Assembly (NCBI GenBank): GCA_040260805.1
Contig: JBDQPD010000094.1
Location: forward strand, 1 to 13,908
Source: Myxococcota bacterium
GTDB lineage: Bacteria > Myxococcota > UBA4151
Reading direction: 5' to 3'
Length of the DNA stretch: 13,908 bases
Shown: piece after piece, positions 8,408 through 13,908 of the stretch
Layout: each line of letters opens with the position of its first letter
Numbering within the stretch: the first letter of the stretch is position 1
Notes under the pieces: model-generated
Told to the model about the DNA's origin: nothing
What the model saw: the letters and a program-made list of their open reading frames with translations, nothing else
Databases searched by the model: none
Program-made: the position numbers and the translations under genes

Positions 8408-9238
8408 ATGCTGCCGCTGATCTTCATTGCGATCATGGTTGGGCTTGCGTTGGGCACGCTGGGCGGCGGCGGCTCCATCCTCGCGGTACCGGCGCTCACC
8501 TATTTAGCCGAGCTTCCACCGAAACAAGCGATCGCAACCTCGCTGGTCTTGGTCGGGTCCACTTCACTCTTGGCGCTGGTCCCTTACGCTCGAAGAGGTC
8601 ACGTCGAATGGCGTATCGGCGCCGTTTTCGCTGCCACGGCTATGGGTGGCGGTTACGTCGGTGGTGTCGCCGCACGCTGGTTCTCCGGTCGCATCCTCTT
8701 GCTGCTCTTTGCGGTGATGATGCTGACCACGGGTATCGCGATGTTTCGCGGCAGAAAGGCTCTCGCTCCGCCCCCTCCTGTGCAGCTCCCGATGCGCTGG
8801 GTTCTGATCGAAGGGCTCTTGGTCGGCGCAGTCACCGGATTGGTAGGCGCCGGGGGAGGGTTCCTGGTGGTTCCTGCGCTGGTCCTTCTGGGGGGAATGG
8901 AGATGCACAAAGCCGTTGGTACGTCGCTCCTTGTTATCTCGCTGAAGTCCTTCGCTGCCTTCTCCGGACACGCCAGTCATGTGCCAATTGATGCAGAGCT
9001 GACGCTCGTCGTCACGATCGCCGCCGCAACCGCAAGCCTGCTCGGCGCTGCGCTGGCTGAGCACGTGCCGGCGGAAGTCCTTAAAAAAGCGTTCTCAGTC
9101 TTTGTCTTATCGATCGCCGGCTTCATCGTCATGCGCGAAGCCGGATGGATACTGGGCAGCATGACTTGGCTGATCGCATGCGCCGCGGTCGCCTGGCTTA
9201 CCAGAGGACCTGAATCGTCGGGGGACGAGCAGCGATAA
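8408..9238 (+). CDS. TauE/SafE-family sulfite (sulfur compound) exporter
   Basis: Two repeats of the family motif: LGGGGSILAVP...AIATSL and VGAGGGFLVVP...AVGTSL. Multi-pass hydrophobic; begins 5 nt after the previous stop. Confidence 0.92.
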   Translation: MLPLIFIAIMVGLALGTLGGGGSILAVPALTYLAELPPKQAIATSLVLVGSTSLLALVPYARRGHVEWRIGAVFAATAMGGGYVGGVAARWFSGRILLLLFAVMMLTTGIAMFRGRKALAPPPPVQLPMRWVLIEGLLVGAVTGLVGAGGGFLVVPALVLLGGMEMHKAVGTSLLVISLKSFAAFSGHASHVPIDAELTLVVTIAAATASLLGAALAEHVPAEVLKKAFSVFVLSIAGFIVMREAGWILGSMTWLIACAAVAWLTRGPESSGDEQR

Positions 9239-9243
9239 TCGAG

Positions 9244-9795
9244 CTATTTGCCCTTGACGGCTATTCGGAACTCAACCTCGACGAGGTCATTAATCGCCTT
9301 GTCACCCAGCCCCTTGAAGAAGCTGCCAGAGCCATACTTCAAGCCGAACTTGGTCCGGTCAAAGCTGGTCTTACCGACATACATACCGTCCCTAAACTGC
9401 ACGGAGAACGTGGTCGGGTGAGAGGTCCCTTTGATCGAGAGCATCCCCTTGGCGGTGTTCCCGGTGATGGAAGTGAGCTGCAAGCTTGCGGTAGGAAATT
9501 TAGCCACGTCGAAGAAGTCTGGACTCTTCATGTGGCCCAGAAACTTTTGCTGCCACTTTCCTTTAAGGTCCGTGACCGTAAAACTCTGCATATCAAAAAC
9601 GATCGAGCCGCTGCTGACGCGACCTTTGACGAGCTTGAGCTTCGAGGATTTGACAGGCATCTGCCCGAAATGACCGGCTCCGGTCACTTTACTCGCTTTC
9701 CAGGTGACGGTCGACTTCCCTGCGTCGACCTCAACCGCCGATGCGGTCGAGCTGAGGAACAGTGCTGCTGCTAGCGTGATGATTCGAATGGTCAT
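9244..9795 (-). CDS. YceI-family periplasmic polyisoprenoid/lipid-binding protein
   Basis: Sec signal peptide ending ASA, then S.V.WKASKVTG..H.G, HMKSPDFFDVAKFPTA, G.LSIKG and FDRTKFG.KYGSGSFF. AAGGAG upstream of ATG 9795. Confidence 0.92.
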   Translation of the reverse strand: MTIRIITLAAALFLSSTASAVEVDAGKSTVTWKASKVTGAGHFGQMPVKSSKLKLVKGRVSSGSIVFDMQSFTVTDLKGKWQQKFLGHMKSPDFFDVAKFPTASLQLTSITGNTAKGMLSIKGTSHPTTFSVQFRDGMYVGKTSFDRTKFGLKYGSGSFFKGLGDKAINDLVEVEFRIAVKGK

Positions 9796-9832
9796 GTGCG
9801 ACTCCTTTTCTTCGTTGTGCGGATAAGTTGGA

Positions 9833-10072
9833 TTAGGTTTTGGCGTGCGTGCCATCGCAAAATGGGCTGCCGCCGGTCTGCTTGCAGCCGCACAGGTAGG
9901 CTGGTCCAGTCTCTTCTGCTGTAAAGACGACCGGCGCCACCCCGCTTCCCTTGTGAGAACCATCGCAGAACGGTCCATTCTGCGAGCGGCCGCAGGCGCA
10001 CCAGGCGTAGCGCTTGCCCTGCTCTAGTTCGACTTTGATCGGGCGGCTGAGCACCTCTGGGTAGTTGGGCAT
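9833..10072 (-). CDS. Two-motif CDGSH iron-sulfur protein (CISD3/MiNT-like), 79 aa
   Basis: WCACGRSQNGPFCDGSH and LCGCKQTGGSPFCDGTH. GAGGAG upstream of ATG 10072. Confidence 0.93.
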   Translation of the reverse strand: MPNYPEVLSRPIKVELEQGKRYAWCACGRSQNGPFCDGSHKGSGVAPVVFTAEETGPAYLCGCKQTGGSPFCDGTHAKT

Positions 10073-10183
10073 GCAGATCTCCTCGTGGGCTATGGAGCGC
10101 TCTGTGTAGCTCACCAATGCGCCGACTACCGACAACCTAGCGGGTTGCAAAATAACTACAAGACAGCACAAAAGGAACCCAGA

Positions 10184-10199
10184 GTTGCGTAAACGCAAC
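10184..10199. promoter_or_regulatory. Inverted repeat, probable LysR recognition site
   Basis: GTTGCGT-AA-ACGCAAC, perfect 7-bp arms, containing T-N11-A. It lies 21 nt before the LysR start in the divergent intergenic region. Confidence 0.65.
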
Positions 10200-10220
10200 G
10201 ATAAAATGAGGTAACGAGCG

Positions 10221-11129
10221 ATGAATCTCACCGATCTAGACACCTTCTCATTCGTCGCTGAGGCGGGCACGATCAGCGCCGCGGCGCAGCGTTTAGGCAT
10301 CCCCAAATCGACGGTTAGTCGCAGGATTCAACGACTCGAAGATGCGCTAGGGCATGAACTCCTCCGACGCTCATCTCGATCGACAAGCCTGACCGAGTAT
10401 GGGGAAATCTTACATCAGCGCTCAGCGGCGTCGCTCAATGAGTTGCGCGCTGCGGGTGATGCGCTCGTCAAGGCTGACAGGGAGCCGAGCGGAACACTCC
10501 GACTCACGACGGTCGCCAGTTTGGGGCAGAGTCACCGTTTCGTTCGTTGCCTCGCTGACTTCGGTGCACACTACACCAACGTCACCGTTGAGCTCGAATT
10601 GACCAGTCGACTCGTGCACATCGCAGAGGAAGGTTTCGATATCGGAATTAGGCTGCATACAGATCAGCTGCCGGCTCAAGCGAACCTCATGACCCGTCGT
10701 CTGCTTCAGTTGAATCGAGGGGTGTACGGCAGCCCCGGCTACATCCGAGAGATGGGCGCTCCTGAGCACCCAAAAGATCTTGAGGGGCACCGTCTAGCGG
10801 CACATTCAATCGTCGATGTTCGAGGGGTCCAATGGAACTACAACGGAGCACCAACGGGTAAGCGGCAAAAACTTCCAAATGTCCGATGGCTCGTCAACGA
10901 CTCAGCGGCGCTGGAACGCTTCGCTTTATCGGGCGCTGGATTAGCCATTTTATCGACCGTTGAGGGCGAATCCATGGTCCAGCAAGGCGAGCTGATCCGC
11001 GTCATGCCTCGCTACGATCGTGGAGGCGCCACCGCAAGTCTGATCTGGCCTGCGAGTCGACACCTTGCGCCGCGCGTGCGCGCCTTCATCGACCACGCTA
11101 TCGGGTCGATAGGCTCGCCACGTACGTGA
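10221..11129 (+). CDS. LysR-family transcriptional regulator (CrgA/DmlR-like)
   Basis: HTH GTISAAAQRLGIPKSTVSRRIQRLEDALG..LL.RSSR...LTEYG; effector domain PSGTLRLT, EEGFDIGIR, SPGY....G.P..P.DL..H and PRVRAFID. Confidence 0.95.
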   Translation: MNLTDLDTFSFVAEAGTISAAAQRLGIPKSTVSRRIQRLEDALGHELLRRSSRSTSLTEYGEILHQRSAASLNELRAAGDALVKADREPSGTLRLTTVASLGQSHRFVRCLADFGAHYTNVTVELELTSRLVHIAEEGFDIGIRLHTDQLPAQANLMTRRLLQLNRGVYGSPGYIREMGAPEHPKDLEGHRLAAHSIVDVRGVQWNYNGAPTGKRQKLPNVRWLVNDSAALERFALSGAGLAILSTVEGESMVQQGELIRVMPRYDRGGATASLIWPASRHLAPRVRAFIDHAIGSIGSPRT

Positions 11130-11202
11130 ACCAAGCCACCGTATTCTGGGAACCACCAACGCATCGCTTCTCCCCTTCGACCGGCTCAAAATAGGGAATT
11201 TG

Positions 11203-11247
11203 TGAACTCGAGTTCAGTTGACGCCTCCATCGCGGTTGCTCTAAAAT
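11203..11247 (+). promoter_or_regulatory. Sigma70-type promoter with a perfect 14-bp palindromic operator next to its -35 element
   Basis: TGAACTCGAGTTCA (11203-11216), then TTGACG (11218-11223)-N18-TAAAAT (11242-11247), 19 nt before ATG 11267. Confidence 0.6.
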
Positions 11248-11266
11248 CTTAGTGGGGTGTTGCAAG

Positions 11267-12253
11267 ATGGTTCGTTTGGCTTTCGCGTCACTGTGGGTTG
11301 TCGCTTTGGCGTCGTCGAGTGCCTGTGAAGAAGACTTTACCGAATGCGATGAGCCAACCGATGCAGCGCTCGCTGTGCTGCCGGCTTTGATCTCTCAAGC
11401 GAACCTGTTCTCCGACATCAACACCGAGACGCTTGCTGACGGTGTCTGGGCGTATAAGCCACGCTTTGAGTTGTGGACCGATGGCGCCACCAAACGACGC
11501 TGGTTCTCGCTTCCAGCGGGAGCCAAAATCGACACCAGCGATATGGACCAGTGGCGCTTTCCGACCGGCACGACCCTGTTTAAAGAGTTCAGCCGCGACG
11601 GGGTCCGGGTCGAGACGCGGATTTTGACCAAAAGCGGTCCCGAAGACGACGCCTGGTCGGCGAGCTCTTATCTATGGGCACAGGACCAAAGCGATGCGTT
11701 CCTCGCCCCCGAGGGTGGAGACAATCAGCTAGGCACCGCCCACGATGTCCCTCCAGCGGCAGACTGCGCCGGCTGTCACGATGGGCGCGCCAGCCGAGCG
11801 CTTGGATTTAGTGCCCTGCAGCTCGCATGGGCTGCGCCCGATGGTTTTGCCAGCGTCAGCACCCTTAAAGAGGCAGGCATTCTTCCGGACTCAGTACCCG
11901 AAGCGATCCCCCTACCCGCCAACGCAGAAGACGTCGAAGCGCTGGGCTACCTGCACGCCAACTGCAGCCACTGCCACAACGCGACGCGCCCCATCAGCGA
12001 CGGCCTGCGCTGCTATGACCCGGAAGAGAATTTTGACTTTAGTCTACCTGCAGCCGGAGTCGACTCAGTCTACGAGACGCCTGCTTACACGACCGGCGTC
12101 GCCCAAAACGTGCTGACGCCTGGCGATGCCCAGAGAAGCCAGATGATCCGAAGGTTCTCGAATAATGGGGACGCTCGCATGCCAGCGCTCGGCACCGAAG
12201 TGATCGACGCGCACGGCGAGGCGCTGCTCACCTCATGGGTGAATAATCTCTGA
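11267..12253 (+). CDS. Secreted (probable lipoprotein) diheme c-type cytochrome, SO2930-like
   Basis: Signal with SSA-C, two heme motifs CAGCH (11765-11779) and CSHCH (11963-11977), LWTDGATKRRW, FPTGT.L.KEF, VETRIL and C-terminal RMPALG (possible Met ligand). Confidence 0.78.
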   Translation: MVRLAFASLWVVALASSSACEEDFTECDEPTDAALAVLPALISQANLFSDINTETLADGVWAYKPRFELWTDGATKRRWFSLPAGAKIDTSDMDQWRFPTGTTLFKEFSRDGVRVETRILTKSGPEDDAWSASSYLWAQDQSDAFLAPEGGDNQLGTAHDVPPAADCAGCHDGRASRALGFSALQLAWAAPDGFASVSTLKEAGILPDSVPEAIPLPANAEDVEALGYLHANCSHCHNATRPISDGLRCYDPEENFDFSLPAAGVDSVYETPAYTTGVAQNVLTPGDAQRSQMIRRFSNNGDARMPALGTEVIDAHGEALLTSWVNNL

Positions 12254-12258
12254 GGTCG

Positions 12259-12861
12259 TCAGGGCTGCAATCGCCACATCAGCCAGTCATCAGCGTCTGG
12301 CTTGAGCACCCAGCGGTCGTGGATCCGTCCGGGTTGATCCTGCCAGAACTCCCAAGAGTCTGCTTTGAGATGAAAGCCGGTCCAATGCGGCGGGCGCGGA
12401 ATCTTATCGCCGAAGCGTTTGGAGACCGTCTCGACTTCGGCTTCGAGCACTTCACGGTTCGCCACCGGTCGGCTCTGCTGCGAAGCCCACGCGCCGACAT
12501 TCGATAATCGATCACGGCTTCTAAAATAAGCGTCTGCGTCCTCATCAGGCAGCAGGCTGACCGTTCCTTCTACTCGCACCTGGCGCCTCAGAATGGACCA
12601 ATAAAATGCAACCGAGACGCGATTATCCCGCGCTAATTCGATGCCCTTATCAGACTCAAGATTAGTGAAGAAACGAAGCCCCGTTTCATTGACTCCCTTG
12701 CACAAGACGAAGCGCGTGCGAGGAGCTCCTGACGCATTCAACGTCGATAAAGCCATTGCGTTGTGGTTGAGTTCACCCGATTCGGAGGCTTCCTTGAGCC
12801 ATCGCTCTAGCCAAGCTGCTGGGGGTTCGTGCGCACGAACAGCGTAATCTGGTGCGTTCAT
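12259..12861 (-). CDS. pdxH: Pyridoxine/pyridoxamine 5'-phosphate oxidase
   Basis: NAMALST, RFVLCK, FFTN.ESDKG, RQVRVEG, YFRSR, GAWASQQS, RPPHW and EFWQ..PGRIHDR. Confidence 0.95.
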   Translation of the reverse strand: MNAPDYAVRAHEPPAAWLERWLKEASESGELNHNAMALSTLNASGAPRTRFVLCKGVNETGLRFFTNLESDKGIELARDNRVSVAFYWSILRRQVRVEGTVSLLPDEDADAYFRSRDRLSNVGAWASQQSRPVANREVLEAEVETVSKRFGDKIPRPPHWTGFHLKADSWEFWQDQPGRIHDRWVLKPDADDWLMWRLQP

Positions 12862-12907
12862 CAATCTCTACTCTCCCACGCTGGGTTCACGACCCAAGCC
12901 TAATGCC

Positions 12908-12935
12908 ATTCTGACTTCAAGGCACGGACTGTCAA
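12908..12935 (-). promoter_or_regulatory. Candidate sigma70 promoter for pdxH
   Basis: Minus strand TTGACA-N16-CAGAAT, ending 46 nt upstream of the ATG. Confidence 0.45.
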
Positions 12936-13112
12936 CACCCACCCATCGAAGTGTCTATCGTGAGCGGTGTACTATCGACCACTCGGGCGAATGAGGCGCC
13001 TTTGCTCGTTTGAGAATTCGAGAAGCAGTCTTGCATGCCATGCTCTATCGACCTAATCCGTGCAGCGCTGTTGAACACAGCGCCGTCCCACCTTTTTGAG
13101 CAGAGATATCCG

Positions 13113-13837
13113 TTGAATTTATACAAAGCCTATCTAGAGCAGATCGAAGAACGTAAACTCCAAGGTCTACACCCTAAACCGATCGAAGACGCCGAGTTCG
13201 TTGAGGTCCTGATCGAACAGATCAAAGACGCTGATCATGAACACCGAGCCGACTCCCTAAACTTCTTCATCTACAATACGCTCCCCGGCACCACGAGCGC
13301 AGCAGGCGTCAAGGCCGAGTTCTTAAAGAAGATCACGCTCGGTCAGGCGATCGTTCCAGAGATCCCACCTGTTTTTGCGCTCGAGCTCTTGTCGCACATG
13401 AAGGGCGGGCCATCGGTTAAGGTCCTACTGGACTTGGTATTGGGAGACGACCCATCGATCGCCTCCTCGGCTGCTGAGGTGCTCAAAACGCAGGTGTTCT
13501 TATACGAAGCGGACACAGACCGTCTCGAGGCTGCGCACCGGGCAGGGCACGCCCTGGCGACCGAAATTATCTCGAGCTACGCTCACGCCGAGTTCTTTAC
13601 GAAGCTCCCGCCCGTGGATGAGATCATCCAGGTGGTCACTTATGTCACCGCGATCGGGGATGTCTCCACCGACTTGCTCTCGCCCGGTAGCGATGCGCAC
13701 TCGCGCTCGGATCGAGAGCTCCACGGACAATGCCTTTTTGAGCACGACAAAGAGAAGCAGCAAATCCTCTTGGATCTCAAAGCAAAGCATCCGGACAAGC
13801 GGGTTATGCTCGTGTCTGAAAAAGGCACGATGGGCGT
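13113..13837 (+). CDS. acnB: Aconitate hydratase 2 (AcnB), N-terminal part only; sequence after 13837 is a fold-back
   Basis: LY..YLEQIEERK.QGLHPKPI, NTLPGTTSAA.VKA.FL, LLSHMKGGPS, LKTQVFL, SYA.AEFFT, STDLLSPG..AHSRSDRELHG and GTMGV, where AcnB normally continues GSSR. Probable TTG start at 13113. Confidence 0.9.
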
Positions 13838-13908
13838 ACGCCCATCGTGCCTTTTTCAGACACGAGCATAACCCGCTTGTCCGGATGCTTTGCTTTGAGA
13901 TCCAAGAG
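13767..13908. repeat. Perfect 142-bp palindrome at the window end (71-bp arms, no loop)
   Basis: 13838-13908 is the exact reverse complement of 13767-13837; centre gggcgt|acgccc. Confidence 0.97.

Noticed and set aside
8362..8991. 209 aa alternative-frame ORF, and similar shadow ORFs such as 1061-1609, 1408-1881, 3935-4381 and 6669-7139
   Set aside because: They are Arg/Ser-rich, lack motifs and overlap well-supported genes, as expected for GC-rich DNA.
13065..13083. Iron-responsive element in the acnB leader
   Set aside because: The loop is UGAAC, not CAGUGN, and there is no bulged C; kept only as a generic hairpin.
13035..13871. 278 aa ORF read as a complete short aconitase or as a pseudogene
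   Set aside because: The stop lies in the mirrored arm of the terminal palindrome, and the first 26 codons precede the AcnB-like N-terminus.
1..13908. CRISPR arrays, tRNA/rRNA genes, IS elements or prophage genes
   Set aside because: No regularly spaced repeats, RNA gene signatures, or transposase, integrase or phage-like ORFs were seen; intergenic gaps are at most about 250 nt.

Overview
A gene-dense, GC-rich bacterial contig end. Asp-Ala-Gly-rich and Cys-rich lipoproteins suggest a Myxococcota-like organism (inference). In order: 5'-truncated metal ABC ATPase and permease; membrane class III adenylate cyclase; AlkA-like glycosylase; thioesterase; two divergent lipoproteins (one with a tandem 8-Cys repeat, one SGNH-like); an ECF sigma factor fused to a C-terminal zinc-binding anti-sigma (ZAS)-like domain, followed by a candidate ECF promoter and a four-gene sulfane-sulfur cluster (persulfide dioxygenase-rhodanese fusion, two YeeE/YedE proteins, TauE/SafE exporter); a LysR gene divergent from a two-CDGSH Fe-S protein and YceI; a diheme c-type cytochrome lipoprotein; pdxH; and an acnB cut off by a 142-bp perfect terminal palindrome that is most likely a library or assembly artefact. 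The best candidate for an undescribed system is a one-component, Cys-rich sigma/anti-sigma fusion controlling persulfide detoxification in place of CstR, SqrR/BigR or FisR. No RNA genes, CRISPR arrays or mobile elements were recognised.
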